Below are positions 26,624-41,133 of a stretch of DNA of 64,000 nucleotides, in pieces. The notes below the pieces were generated by a model. That model ran no database searches, was not told the origin of the DNA, and worked only from the letters and a program-made list of their open reading frames with translations. Origin of the DNA: Eledone cirrhosa. Taxonomy: Eukaryota. The stretch covers positions 42,470,001-42,534,000 of the forward strand of contig OZ024748.1 in assembly GCA_964016885.1 (NCBI GenBank), given 5' to 3'. The position numbers were made by a program, and so were the translations under genes. The stretch's first letter is position 1. Every line of letters begins with the position of its first letter.

Positions 26624-28309
26624 ATCATCATCATCATTATCATTTTATGTCCGCTTTTCCCTGCTTGCAAGGGTGGGACGGGTCTTATTCAGCACAGCAT
26701 CTCTCCACTCGTCACGGTCCTTCGTCATCTCCACCGTGAGCTTCAATATCCCTCTCGGATACAGTTTCTCTCTCAACACATTTATGCTGGGTCGTTCACG
26801 CACATTTACACTGCACATCCAACGGAGCATGCTTGCCTCATTTCTCTCCAGCCGTCGCATATCCTCTGCAGTTGCTGCCCATGTCTCACTACCATGCAGC
26901 ATCGCGCTCCTCACACAGGCATCATACAACCGCCCTTTCGTACGCAGGGAGAAACCCTTCTTCGTCAACAGAGGAAGCAGCTCGCTAAACTTCTTCCAAC
27001 CCGTCCTTATTCTAGATACTATGGCCTCGGAACACCCTCCTCCCATGCTAATCTGATCTCCTAGGTAGCGGAAGCTATCCACCACTTCTATAGCCCCCCC
27101 CCCCCCCCACATTTGAAAAATGTATCTATCAGTGCGACTTCTACTGTCTAATTTCCCTGTACATCTACTGCATACATATTTCTCCCTACCTGTTAGTTTG
27201 CCTGCTACCCGCTACATCTCTTGTGTACCCAGGATCTGCATTGTGTGCATTTTATAGAATTTATGCCAGTTGCTTTTCTGCATATCGAACATGGCCATTT
27301 CCCTAACGGAATCAGGGTTTTGTCCTCTTTTCTACTCATCAACACTTTTGTCTTAGCTAGGTTCACTCTCAGTCCTCTTGCTTCCAACTGCTGTTTCCAT
27401 AGCCAGAATTTATTCTCTAGCTCCTCTACTGATTCTGCTATAAGAACCAGATCGTCAGCATAGAGAAGTTCCCATGGACAGCCAGTCTTAAACTCCTCTG
27501 TTATGGCTTGGAGGACGATAATGAACAAGAGCGGGCTGAGGACCGAACCCTGATGTACTCCTACTTGTATCTGGAATTCCTCACTAAACTCCATTCCTAC
27601 CCTGACTTTACTGAGAGTACCTCTATACAAAGTTTGCACTGTCCTCACATGCCATTCCTCAACACCTAGCTTCCTTAGGGACCACCAGATGACAGATCGG
27701 GGTACCCTATCAAAGGCCTTCTCTAGGTCAACAAAGGCTAAGTATAGTGGCTTATTTTTCTCTAAGAACCTCTCTTGCAATTGTCTCACCAAGAAGAGGG
27801 CATCTGTTGTACTCTTCCCAGGCACAAAACCAAACTGCATCTCATCTAGTTTGACCCTTTCTCTAATTAGTTGTGCTAATATCCTTTCTGCCACTTTCAT
27901 AACCTGATCTATCAGTTTTATACCCCTATAATTGCTCCTCTCCAGAGCATCCCCTTTAACTTTGTAGCAATTTATGAGAATACTGCTGCACCAGTCGTTG
28001 GGTATGACACCACCATATATAGCCTGATTGATGATGCGTGCAACCAGTTTAGTGCCTACGTCCCCTGATGCCTTCAGCATCTCAGCAACTATTCCCGATG
28101 GTCCAGCAGCCTTACCATTTTTCATTTCCCTAATCGCCTCTTGGACCCTATATTCGTCAATCTCAATAGCTGGTCCCTCTGTCGGATCTACTAAGGGTAA
28201 TTTCTCTCTCTCCCATTCGTTCTCCACATTCATCAGTCTCTCATAATGACCTTTCCGGGCCTCCTTTTTCTGATCATTCATGACACTAAGTACACCGGCA
28301 TCATCCCGG
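26624..28309 (-). mobile_element. RTE-clade LINE, 5'-truncated and defective (RT plus Cys/His finger)
   Basis: Motifs NYRGIKL, QFGFVPG, FVDLEKAFDRV, GVHQGSVLSPLLF, LLYADDLVL, CSIC...CTQC...HKRC and FRYLGD. Stop at 27205, poly-C disruption near 27100, (ATG)n tail. Confidence 0.95.
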
Positions 28310-29049
28310 ACACATACACACAACATATATATAGATATGTACAAAAAGTCCACACTGTAAAGTGGTCGTGTAGGTACCATAATAACAAGCATCCAGTCCA
28401 CACTGTAAAGTGGTCGTGTAGGTAGCATAATAACAAGCACCCAGTCCACACTGTAAAGTGGTTATATATATATATAGACACACACACATACCTATACGTA
28501 TTTGTCTGTATTGTTTGTGTTTATGTTCACTTATATTTCGTAACTTCGCAGTATAATGAAATAGAGAGGAATAAATTAAGCCTCAAAAATAAATGACTTT
28601 GGTTGATATGATCAACTGAATAAATCTCTTGAAGCTGTTGCTCCAGAATGGCCATAGTGCAGTAAAAGAATAAGTTAGTTTCACTCCATTTCTCAATGAG
28701 ATATGACTTGTGTTAGACAGATAAACAACTATGACTGACTATAGAGTATAAGGTTTTGATATACCAAATCTATATAATTTGGTGTTTGGTTTCTAACCTG
28801 TAACCATTTCACTTTACTTATGTTGCCAATAAATACCAGTGAGAATGGTTTAACTGTTAGACATTCTTTGTGCCCAATGAAGAAATCAATATTTATTACA
28901 GTGGCATAACTTGGATTTCTAAATCGTATAAGAGATTGTGAAGCAGACAGCTTATATAGGATGTCTTTTAAAACATTTTACTCTCACACACAAATGTATT
29001 TAATATCAAACAATGTCACTACAACCTATATGACAGGACAATATAGTAT

Positions 29050-32000
29050 AGAAGGTTGTATTGGATGTAGTATAGAACGCTGTATTGTATGTAGTATATA
29101 AGGTTGTATTGGATGTAGTATATAAGGTTGTATTGGATGTAGTATATAAGGTTGTATTGGATGTAGTATATAAGGTTGTATTGGATGTAGTATATAAGGT
29201 TGTATTGGATGTAGTATATAAGGTATTGGATGTAGTATATAAGGTTGTATTGGATGTAGTATATAAGGTATTGGATGTAGTATATAAGGTTGTATTGGAT
29301 GTAGTATATAAGGTATTGGATGTAGTATATAAGGTATTGGATGTAGTATATAAGGTATTGGATGTAGTATATAAGGTTGTATTGGATGTAGTATATAAGG
29401 TATTGGATGTAGTATATAAGGTTGTATTGGATGTAGTATATATAAGGTATTGGATGTAGTATATAAGGTTGTATTGGATGTAGTATATAAGGTATTGAAT
29501 GTAGTATATAAGGTTGTATTGGATGTAGTATATAAGGTATTGGAAGTAGTATATAAGGTTGTATTGGATGTAGTATATAAGGTTGTATTGGATGTAGTAT
29601 ATAAGGTTGTATTGAATGTAGTATATAAGGTTGTATTGGATGTAGTATATAAGGTATTGGATGTAGTATATAAGGTATTGGATGTAGTATATAAGGTTGT
29701 ATTGAATGTAGTATATAAGGTTGTATTGGATGTAGTATATAAGGTTGTCTTGGATGTAGTATATAAGGTTGTCTTGGATGTAGTATATAAGGTATTGGAT
29801 GTAGTATATAAGGTATTGGATGTAGTATATAAGGTATTGGATGTAGTATATAAGGTTGTATTGGATGTAGTATATAAGGTATTGGATGTAGTATATAAGG
29901 TTGTCTTGGATGTAGTATATAAGGTATTGGATGTAGTATATAAGGTTGTCTTGGATGTAGTATATAAGGTATTGGATATAGTATATAAGGTATTGGATGT
30001 AGTATATAAGGTTGTATTGGATGTAGTATATAAGGTTGTATTGAATGTAGTATATAAGGTTGTATTGAATGTAGTATATAAGGTTGTCTTGGATGTAGTA
30101 TATAAGGTATTGAATGTAGTATATAAGGTTGTATTGAATGTAGTATATAAGGTATTGGATGTAGTATATAAGGTATTGGATGTAGTATATAAGGTTGTAT
30201 TGGATGTAGTATATAAGGTATTGGATGTAGTATATAAGGTTGTCTTGGATGTAGTATATAAGGTATTGAATGTAGTATATAAGGTTGTATTGGATGTAGT
30301 ATATAAGGTATTAGATGTAGTATATAAGGTTGTATTGGATGTAGTATATAAGGTATTAGATGTAGTATATAAGGTATTGGATGTAGTATATAAGGTTGTA
30401 TTGAATGTAGTATATAAGGTATTGGATGTAGTATATAAGGTTGTATTGGATGTAGTATATAAGGTATTGGATGTAGTATATAAGGTATTGGATGTAGTAT
30501 ATAAGGTATTGGATGTAGTATATAAGGTATTGGATGTAGTATATAAGGTATTGGATGTAGTATAGAAGGTATTGGATGTAGTATAGAAGGTATTGGATGT
30601 AGTATAGAAGGTATTGGATGTAGTATATAAGGTTGTATTGAATGTAGTATATAAGGTATTGGATGTAGTATATAAGGTTGTATTGGATGTAGTATATAAG
30701 GTATTGGATGTAGTATATAAGGTATTGGATGTAGTATATAAGGTATTGGATGTAGTATATAAGGTATTGGATGTAGTATATAAGGTATTGGATGTAGTAT
30801 ATAAGATTGTATTGGATGTAGTATATAAGGTTGTATTGAATGTAGTATATAAGGTTGTATTGAATGTAGTATATAAGGTTGTATTGGATGTAGTATATAA
30901 GGTATTGGATATAGTATATAAGGTATTGGATGTAGTATATAAGGTTGTATTGGATGTAGTATATAAGGTTGTATTGAATGTAGTATATAAGGTTGTATTG
31001 AATGTAGTATATAAGGTTGTATTGAATGTAGTATATAAGGTTGTATTGGATGTAGTATATAAGGTTGTATTGGATGTAGTATATAAGGTATTGGATGTAG
31101 TATATTAGGTTGTATTGGATGTAGTATATAAGGTATTGAATGTAGTATATAAGGTATTGAATGTAGTATATAAGGTTGTATTGGATGTAGTATATAAGGT
31201 TGTATTGGATGTAGTATATAAGGTATTGGATGTAGTATATAAGGTATTGATTCATCATCATCATCATCATCATCATCATCGTTTAACGTCCATCTTCCAT
31301 GCTTGCATGGGTCTGGACGGGAATTGTCCCACTTGAGGCAAGATTGGTTGTCTTGCTCATATAGGACTGACTGGCGGGTTTTCTACGGCTGGATGCCCTT
31401 CCTAACACCAACCACGTTTACAGTGTGGACTGGGAGGTTTTTACCGTGTTACCTACACGGCCACATTACAGCGTGGTGTGTGTGTTTTTTTTTTTTGTGG
31501 CACCTACACAACCTCATTTGTTTCGGACTGGATGTTGTGGTACCAACATAACTTCACATTTAAGGGGGTGGTGTTGGATGGGGTGAGGGTAGTGGGACGG
31601 GGGTGTATTTTGTTAGAGATGCCTACTGACTGTAGGTTTCGCTTTGGTACTTAGGCAAGGCGGGTCTTCTGTATTACTGTGTAGCGCCAAAGATCTCAGT
31701 CCAGTGACATTGTCTTGGAGAGGTGTAAGTGTGTGAGGTTGGAATTTATCAAGTCGTCCCAGGTTTTTCTGGGTCTGCCTACTCCGTAGCTACCGTCTAT
31801 TTTTATCACCCTGCACGTTTTTATACAGCTGTCGTCTTTCATGCGCATCACATGACCGTACCAACGTAGTCTTCTCTCGAGTAAACAACATCTGATCCCT
31901 CTTATTCCTAATTTCTCCCTTAGTTCGTTTATGCTTTGCCGTTCACGTGTAGTATATAAGGTATTGGATGTAGTATATAAGGTTGTATTGGATGTAGTAT

Positions 32001-35000
32001 ATAAGGTTGTATTGGATGTAGTATATAAGGTTGTATTGGATGTAGTATATAAGGTTGTATTGGATGTAGTATATAAGGTTGTATTGAATGTAGTATATAA
32101 GGTATTGGATGTAGTATATAAGGTATTGGATGTAGTATATAAGGTATTGGAAGTAGTATATAAGGTTGTATTGGATGTAGTATATAAGGTTGTATTGGAT
32201 GTAGTATATAAGGTTGTATTGAATGTAGTATATAAGGTTGTATTGGATGTAGTATATAAGGTTGTATTGGATGTAGTATATAAGGTTGTATTGAATGTAG
32301 TATATAAGGTATTGGATGTAGTATATAAGGTATTGGATGTAGTATATAAGGTTGTATTGGATGTAGTATATAAGGTTGTATTGGATGTAGTATATAAGGT
32401 TGTATTGGATGTAGTATATAAGGTTGTATTGAATGTAGTATATAAGGTATTGGATGTAGTATATAAGGTATTGGATGTAGTATATAAGGTATTGGAAGTA
32501 GTATATAAGGTTGTATTGAATGTAGTATATAAGGTTGTATTGGATGTAGTATATAAGGTTGTATTGGATGTAGTATATAAGGTTGTATTGGATGTAGTAT
32601 ATAAGGTTGTATTGGATGTAGTATATAAGGTATTAGATGTAGTATATAAGGTATTGGATGTAGTATATAAGGTATTGGATGTAGTATATAAGGTATTGGA
32701 TGTAGTATATAAGGTTGTATTGGATGTAGTATATAAGGTATTAGATGTAGTATATAATGTATTGGATGTATATAAGGTATTGGATGTAGTAAAGGTTGTA
32801 TTGGATGTAGTATATAAGGTATTGGATGTAGTGTATAAGGTATTGGATGTATATAAGGTATTGGATGTAGTAAAGGTTGTATTGGATGTAGTATATAAGG
32901 TATTGGATGTAGTGTATAAGGTATTGGATGTAGTATATAAGGTATTGGATGTATATAAGGTATTGGATGTAGTAAAGGTTGTATTGGATGTAGTATATAA
33001 GGTATTGGATGTAGTGTATAAGGTATTGGATGTAGTGTATAAGGTATTGGATGTAGTGTATAAGGTATTGGATGTAGTATATAAGGTATTGGATGTAGTA
33101 TATAAGGTATTAGATGTAGTATATAAGGTATTGGATGTAGTATATAAGGTATTGGATGTAGTATATAAGGTATTGGATGTAGTATATAAGGTATTGGATG
33201 TAGTATATAAGGTATTGGATGTAGTATATAAGGTATTGGATGTAGTATATAAGGTATTGGATGTAGTATATAAGGTATTGGATGTAGTATATAAGGTATT
33301 GGATGTAGTATATAAGGTATTGGATGTATATAAGGTATTGGATGTAGTAAAGGTTGTATTGGATGTAGTATATAAGGTATTGGATGTAGTGTATAAGGTA
33401 TTGGATGTAGTGTATAAGGTATTGGATGTAGTATATAAGGTATTGGATGTAGTATATAAGGTATTGGATGTAGTATATAAGGTATTGGATGTAGTATATA
33501 AGGTATTGGATGTAGTATATAAGGTATTGGATGTAGTATATAAGGTATTGGATGTAGTATATAAGGTATTGGATGTAGTATATAAGGTATTGGATGTATA
33601 TAAGGTATTGGATGTAGTAAAGGTTGTATTGGATGTAGTATATAAGGTATTGGATGTAGTGTATAAGGTATTGGATGTAGTGTATAAGGTATTGGATGTA
33701 GTATATAAGGTATTGGATGTAGTATATAAGGTATTGGATGTAGTATATAAGGTATTGGAAGTAGTATATAAGGTTGTATTGGATGTAGTATATAAGGTTG
33801 TATTGGATGTAGTATATAAGGTATTGGATGTAGTATATAAGGTATTGGATGTAGTATATAAGGTTGTATTGAATGTAGTATATAAGGTTGTATTGGATGT
33901 AGTATATAAGGTTGTATTGGATGTAGTATATAAGGTATTAGATGTAGTATATAAGGTATTGGATGTAGTATATAAGGTATTGGATGTAGTATATAAGGTA
34001 TTGGATGTAGTATATAAGGTATTGGATGTAGTATATAAGGTTGTATTGGATGTAGTATATAAGGTATTAGATGTAGTATATAATGTATTGGATGTAGTAT
34101 ATAAGGTATTGGATGTAGTATATAAGGTATTGGATGTAGTAAAGGTTGTATTGGATGTAGTATATAAGGTATTGGATGTAGTGTATAAGGTATTGGATGT
34201 AGTATATAAGGTATTGGATGTAGTATATAAGGTATTGGATGTAGTATATAAGGTATTGGATGTAGTATATAAGGTATTAGATGTAGTATATAAGGTATTG
34301 GATGTATATAAGGTATTGGATGTAGTAGATAAGGTTGTATTGGATGTAGTATATAAGGTATTGGATGTAGTATATAAGGTATTGGATGTAGTATATAAGG
34401 TATTGGATGTAGTATATAAGGTATTGGATGTAGTATATAAGGTATTGGATGTAGTATATAAGGTATTGGATGTATATAAGGTATTGAATGTAGTATATAA
34501 GGTTGTATTGGATGTATATAAGGTATTAGATGTAGTATATAAGGTTGTATTGGATGTAGTATATAAGGTATTAGATGTAGTATATAAGGTTGTATTGGAT
34601 GTAGTATATAAGGTATTGGATGTAGTATATAAGGTATTGGATGTAGTAGATAAGGTTGTATTGGATGTAGTAGATAAGGTTGTATTGGATGTAGTATATG
34701 AGGTATTGGATGTAGTATATAAGGTATTGGATGTAGTATATAAGGTATTGGATGTAGTATATAAGGTATTGGATGTGTATAAGGTATTGGATGTAGTATA
34801 TAAGGTATTGGATGTAGTATATAAGGTTTTGGATGTAGTATATAAGGTATTGGATGTAGTATATAAGGTATTGGATGTGCATAAGGTATTGGATGTAGTA
34901 TATAAGGTATTGGATATATATAAGGTATTGAATGTAGTATATAAGGTTGTATTGGATGTAGTATATAAGGTATTAGATGTAGTATATAAGGTTGTATTGG

Positions 35001-35680
35001 ATGTACTATATAAGGTATTGGATGTAGTATATAAGGTATTGGATGTAGTATATAAGGTATTGGATGTGTATAAGGTATTGGATGTAGTATATAAGGTATT
35101 GGATGTAGTATATAAGGTATTGGATGTGTATAAGGTATTGGATGTAGTATATAAGGTATTGGATGTAGTATATAAGGTATTGGATGTGTATAAGGTATTG
35201 GATGTAGTATATAAGGTATTGGATGTAGTATATAAGGTATTGGATGTAGTATATAAGGTATTGGATGTAGTATATAAGGTATTGGATGTAGTATATAAGG
35301 TATTGGATGTGTATAAGGTATTGGATGTAGTATATAAGGTATTGGATGTGTATAAGGTATTGGATGTAGTATATAAGGTATTGGATGTGTATAAGGTATT
35401 GGATGTAGTATATAAGGTATTGGATGTAGTATATAAGGTATTGGATGTGTATAAGGTATTGGATGTAGTATATAAGGTATTGGATGTGTATAAGGTATTG
35501 GATGTGTATAAGGTATTGGATGTAGTATATAAGGTATTGGATGTAGTATATAAGGTATTGGATGTGTATAAGGTATTGGATGTAGTATATAAGGTATTGG
35601 ATGTAGTATATAAGGTATTGGATGTAGTATATAAGGTATTGGATGTAGTATATAAGGTATTGGATGTAGTATATAAGATA
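29050..35680. repeat. ~6-kb minisatellite, 21-bp unit GTATTGGATGTAGTATATAAG with 24- and 18-bp variants, split by a LINE at 31252-31947
   Basis: Direct reading; source of the VLDVVYK / YILHPIP pseudo-ORFs. Confidence 0.97.
31252..31947 (-). mobile_element. Second RTE LINE 3' fragment inserted in the minisatellite
   Basis: Minus strand reads ELREKLGIRGIRCCLLERRLRWYGHVMRMKDDSCIK...GVGRPRKTWDDLI, then a 3' UTR and (ATG)n tail. Confidence 0.85.
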
Positions 35681-36177
35681 TAAATGACAAAGATAATTAT
35701 TAAAGATTTCTTCTGTCAAAAGGTTAAATATAATTCCTTCCATCGCATTGATCTCATATTTCTTAAATATAATCTTACACTCCTGGCCTACCACCACCAC
35801 AATCATCGTCATCACCACCACTACCAATCATCATCAGCACTACCACTACTACCAATCATCATCACCACAACTTCCAATCATCATCACCACTATCACCACC
35901 ATCGCCATCATCTTTCCATCTACCTTTCTATCTTTGCTTGGGTTGGATATGCCCCCTTCTCCAACCCTGCATTTTGCCAGTTCTTGTGTTCATTTGTCAT
36001 CTATTTTGTCAATGATCAAGCATTCTGAGATCAGCTTTCACTACCCCCCACCTCATAGGGCTCCTTCCTCAATCCAATTTTTTAGGGGGGGGGGGGGGTG
36101 TACAGGGTCCAAGGATACCTGAGGTCTTGACAGCAACCAGTGCAATTAAGTATAAAATGTTCTGATTTAAACAGTAA

Positions 36178-36976
36178 TCTATATATACAAAACTCGAGAA
36201 ACACCCAGCTGACTGTTTTCAAACTTTACACATGTAATACTTATGTTTTGGGGAGTGTTCAGAGCAAAAAGAATTTCAAATTTTCAATGCCCTAGGGACC
36301 GCATTAGGTGATTTAACGATCTCTCTCTATAATTCTTAGTCTTTCTCTTTTTAGATAGATACATATAACGTCGCGCCCTTATAATATATGTCTGTGTGTG
36401 TGTCAGTGAGTTTGAATCCCTAAAACTCGAGAAATACCCAACCGATTTTTTTTTCAAACTTTACATGTGTATTACTTATGTTTCAGGGAGTGTTATGCAC
36501 ATAAACAAAATTCCACTTTTTGATCCCCATAGGGCCCGCATTAGGTGAAAAACTGCGTTTTTCCAGCTTTTTAGGTTTTTTTTGAGGCGTTACGTCTGAC
36601 CGATTTCCTTGAAATGTAACTATGTATTAGTCAGTCTCTTCATACTGTGAGCAAAGAAAATCCAACTTTTTTTATGGCCTAGGGCCCGCATTAGGTGAAA
36701 AACTTCATTTTTTTCAGCTTTTTTGAGGTGTTAAGTCTAGCTGATTTTCCTGAAATTTCAAGGCATATTATGCACATCTCCTAGGGCCTGCATTAGGTGA
36801 AAACCTGCATTTTTCCTGCTTCATCGAGTAAAATCTTAAAGATTATCCTGCCATCAGAGTATTCGGTTTATTTTCTTTACATATTGTCCAGGCATGCAGT
36901 TTTTCCACGATTAGGTCTGTTGGCGGCCCGCGTTCCAAAATACCTTATCCTGTGCAACGCCGGGTACCACTGCTAG
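36178..36976 (+). mobile_element. Non-autonomous Helitron
   Basis: A|TCTATATATAC...CCTGTGCAACGCCGGGTACCACTG-CTAG|T, with internal repeats of TAGGGCCCGCATTAGGTGAAAA. Confidence 0.75.
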
Positions 36977-38104
36977 TATGATATAAAACATGATTTGATA
37001 TTAAATATAAATATTTAAACAATCATATATAAAACTTGTAGACTTTGTTCACTTTAGTTCATAAATAAACTTTAGTTTACAACGTTCCAATTTAAATGAC
37101 ATCTGGAAAACATTTAAGTCCACCAAAAATTGCCTCAGGTTCTTTTAAACAAATCCATCTGTTTTAAAGGGTTCCTGTTTAACCCTTTTATCGCGATATT
37201 TTTAATTACATATACTGTATTTCAATTTATTAATGAAGAACTTAGAAGGATTTACTAAAATTAATTATTTCATTATTAAGATAGTATTTGTAACATAACT
37301 TAACAAAAGGTTTTTATATAAACTTATGTTGGAAGGTTTTAATTTAAATAGGATCTCTTGAAAATGGGTAGTTCTGTTTCACTGAACTAGAGCTGGGTTT
37401 GGTTGGGTTTAATCAAAAGTGTTTAATTAAAATCTTCCAACATAATTTTATAAAGGACCCTTCATTAAGTTTTGTTAATTTAAAAAGGAACCCTGTGTTT
37501 TTGCTTCATAGATAATGAACTTGTTTTGGCTGGGTTGGTATCAAGTTAACTGTATTACCTTAGAGGATTAGGTTGGTGGGGATGATTCAATAATTGTTGG
37601 TTAGTTGCCAATTGTTTAATAGAGCCTCTAGATGTATATTTTCTTCAACGAAAAATATCAGATACATTGTGATAAAGCACTACCAGTGTAGTAGATGCAG
37701 TCATTTAACTGACATTTTAAGTAGGACAGAAGAAATTAAGTTTACTGGAAGTGATCTAATTAGTGATATAAGGGGGTTGAAATAAATTTATTGCCAGCAA
37801 AAATGTTTACAAAAATTGAATTCATCAAAATTATTCCAAAAAACTTTCACCAAAACATTTAAAAAAACTTTAACTTAATTATTTAAAAAAAATTTTTCCC
37901 AAAACTTTTCTAAAATTTTTCAAAAAAAATTTCAAAATGTTTTCCCACAATTCTGTAAAAAAAAAAAAAAAAAATCAACAAAATTCTTTTTCTTAAAAAT
38001 TTCATGAAATTTAAGTTTTTATGTAAAATGTCATCAATATATGTAAATATATCATAATAAAGAAATCAATATATGTAAATATATCATCATTGATTTTTGT
38101 TTAG

Positions 38105-38165
38105 ATATGCAAAGGCCGTGCTCCTCGTACTTCAAAGTTACAAAAACCAAGACCACTGAAAAGGG
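38105..38165 (+). CDS. C8orf88-like protein, coding exon (ICKGRAPRTSKLQKPRPLKR)
   Basis: Acceptor tttttgtttag| and donor G|gtaagt; 61 nt, ends in phase 1. KLQKPRPLKR resembles the N-terminal LQPARPVR motif I recall for vertebrate C8orf88. Confidence 0.75.
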
Positions 38166-40230
38166 GTAAGTATTAAATATTTAATAATATCTTCAGTCTT
38201 TCAGTACATTACTCAAACTAACCTTGTTAACTTTATAATCATAACCATCTGCTCAACAAACTGTAGGATGGCCCAGATAAAATGGCTAATTTTGGTTGGT
38301 CGTAATACTTAATGAATCTTTCACGAGCTGTATTATAACTGTACAACTGTTTCTGGTCTGTCACATGAATGTTATTTGTTGAAAACATTCTAAAACGTTT
38401 ATTTAGAATCCATGGAAGACAAAAATAATGTAAGAAAAAATATAACTAAAACAGGGTACAAATGTTGGAAAGTGTTGTCTTTCTCTACTATCTCTCTCTC
38501 TCTCTCCCCCACTCTCTCTCTGTCTTCCACTACCTCTCTCTCTCTGTCGTCCTCTACCTCTCTCTCTGTCTTCCACTACCTCTCTCTGTGTCGTCCCTAC
38601 CTCTCTCTGTGTCGTCCTCTACTTCTCTCTGTGTCGTCCTCTACCTCTCTGTGTCGTCCTCTACCTCTCTCTCTGTCTTCCTCTACCCCTCTCTCTCTCT
38701 GTCTTCCTCTACCCCTCTCTCTCTCTGTCTTCCTCTACTCTCTCTTTCTGTATTCCACTACTCTCTCTTTCTGTATTCCACTATCTCTCTCTCTTTGTAT
38801 AAATGTATGTATGTACATATGTATTTATGTATGTATGTGCATATGTATCTATGTATGTATGTATGTATGTGCATATGTATCTATGTATGTATGTATGTAT
38901 GTGCATATGTATCTATGTATGTATGTATGTATGTGCATATGTATCTATGTATATATATGTGTGTGTTATGTCAGATCAGACTTTTGCCTACTACTGGTAC
39001 TATGTAACCCAGTACAATCTGTTCCATGGTTGGGTGGTTGGCAACTAAACTGGTTCCCCCACAAACCCTGGTCTGGTGAGGAGGGTATGTGGAAACCCAG
39101 CAGCACAAAAACGAGCTGTCAAAGGCCATCTACCCCAACTATGGGTTGAATAGCTTCACCAACCTGCAATTGGCCTAGCATGGTCAGTATGGCTAAACCT
39201 GGAGCGGTTAAACTCCATGTCAATAACGCATGTGATCCTTATAACTGTCCTGTTATCTTGACTTAGCTTGTCACAGGACACATAGCTGCGCATTGTCATC
39301 TCTATGTACAGATATTTCTTCACAAGTCCCACAGTGTTGGAGGACTGGCAACATGTGCAGACTCGACCAGTTAGAAGTACAGTCACAAATCTACACATGG
39401 GTGGCTCATCTCTTATCTTTACATCGCTGAACTGTTAACCTGAATAGCAACAGGCTTTGGCGAAGTCTTGAGTTTCTGAGCAGCCCTTTCTGAGGACACA
39501 CAGCTCACCATATCACATGGAAAGGTCTAGAAAAGGAGACCTATAAACAAAGCCTGTTCAATCATCAAACTGACCAACAGATAATATCAATAGAATGACC
39601 AATGGAAATATTGTTCCCTTAGTTCAATCTAATGATCTGCTCCCCCTTCTTTTTTTCTGTTCTTTATTAACCTCTTTCTTTGTCACTTGTGATGAAATAA
39701 ACTTACTTTATATGTAGCTATTGCAAAATTAATACTGAAGCAAAAATAATGTAATGTTCTTGATTTTAGAAACCTTAAATGGTACACAAAATGGGAATTT
39801 TTTCTGTGGTGGATTCTACCTACTAAGCGCTACTGGTTGGTAATTAATTGAATCTTATATAAAAAGACTCCTTAGCCGATTTATAGATTGCTTCATATTA
39901 TTTATATTATGTCCTATAAAGTTTTGTATTTTTAATTGGTTCTTTTCATTTAAGTTGCTTTGTTGCATTTATAATTTATTTCTGTTTTATTAATGTCTTT
40001 TTTTAAGGCTGTTTTTTTCTTCTTTTTTATGCATATATTAAATTTTCCTTTCAAAATTTTGTTCATTGATTTGTTAATATTATATTTAGTCAATATTCAT
40101 TTTTGTATTTCACATTTCACATAATTAGTAGCAAACATCTTCAAACATAGCCTTGTTGTTATCTTTTCTGGGTTTGTGGGGAAGTTTTCCTAATTAAAAG
40201 AGAATAGACTAAAATATATTCATGTATATA

Positions 40231-40790
40231 AAGGCACGTGACGTGGCTTAGTGGTTAGTATTGGATTCACAATCGTAGAGTTGTGAGTTTGATTCCCAGA
40301 ATGGGTGATGTGTTGTATTCTTGAGCAAGACACTTTATTTCACGTCACTCCAGTTCACTCAACTGTATGTATGAGTTGCGATATCACTGATGCCAAGCTT
40401 TATCGGCCGTTGCCTTTCTTTTTGGACAGTATCAGTGGTATGGAGAGAGGTGAGTGGCTGGTCTTCCCAACCTTGCCTGGACTTGTGCCTCAGAGGGGAA
40501 CTTTCTAGGTACAACTCCCATTGATATTCATGACCGAAGGGAGTATTTACCCTTTACCTTTTATATACAGCAACCTTTCTCCATGAGAAACCACCTCATA
40601 GCATTCTTTTCTTAACCTGCAAAGCCTTAATTGAGGTTGGTGTTAGGAAGGGTATCCTCCTGTAGAAATCAAGCCCAAATAAGTTCCCGTATGAGCAAGA
40701 CAAGGTCACTCGACCTAACAAGCCCACAACAGGACAACCCGTCTAACCCATGCTAGCCTGGAAGAATCGACGTAAAACGGTGATGATGAT
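40231..40790 (+). mobile_element. CORE-type SINE plus an RTE-tail fragment
   Basis: GTGGCTTAGTGGTTAG head, TTGAGCAAGACACTTTATTTCAC block, (ATG)n tail near 40780. Confidence 0.75.
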
Positions 40791-40826
40791 GTATGTAAAT
40801 TTGAGGTATGACATAACTGCTGATGT

Positions 40827-40892
<66 letters not shown>

Positions 40893-41133
40893 TATACAAT
40901 ATTTATAAAAGTTAGCAACAGTTACCCTGTCCCAAATCCAATTTCTACCATAGAACCTTTCAAAACAAATTCACAGGAATTTAATTTTCATCTATAATCA
41001 ATAAGTTTTATAAATTTCAACTCGAGAAGTTTTATTTTCTCACCCCAGAATACAGTAAAGATATGAGTCTATGTTTGAAGACAAAAGTCTGAGAAACATT
41101 GTTAGTATTTCTGGATGAAAGTACAAGAGTTAA

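Noticed and set aside
31929-35690. 1250-aa and 1253-aa ORFs on opposite strands
   Set aside because: Pure translation of a 21/24/18-bp minisatellite. The left part of the same array has stops and a frameshift, and there is no splice or start context.
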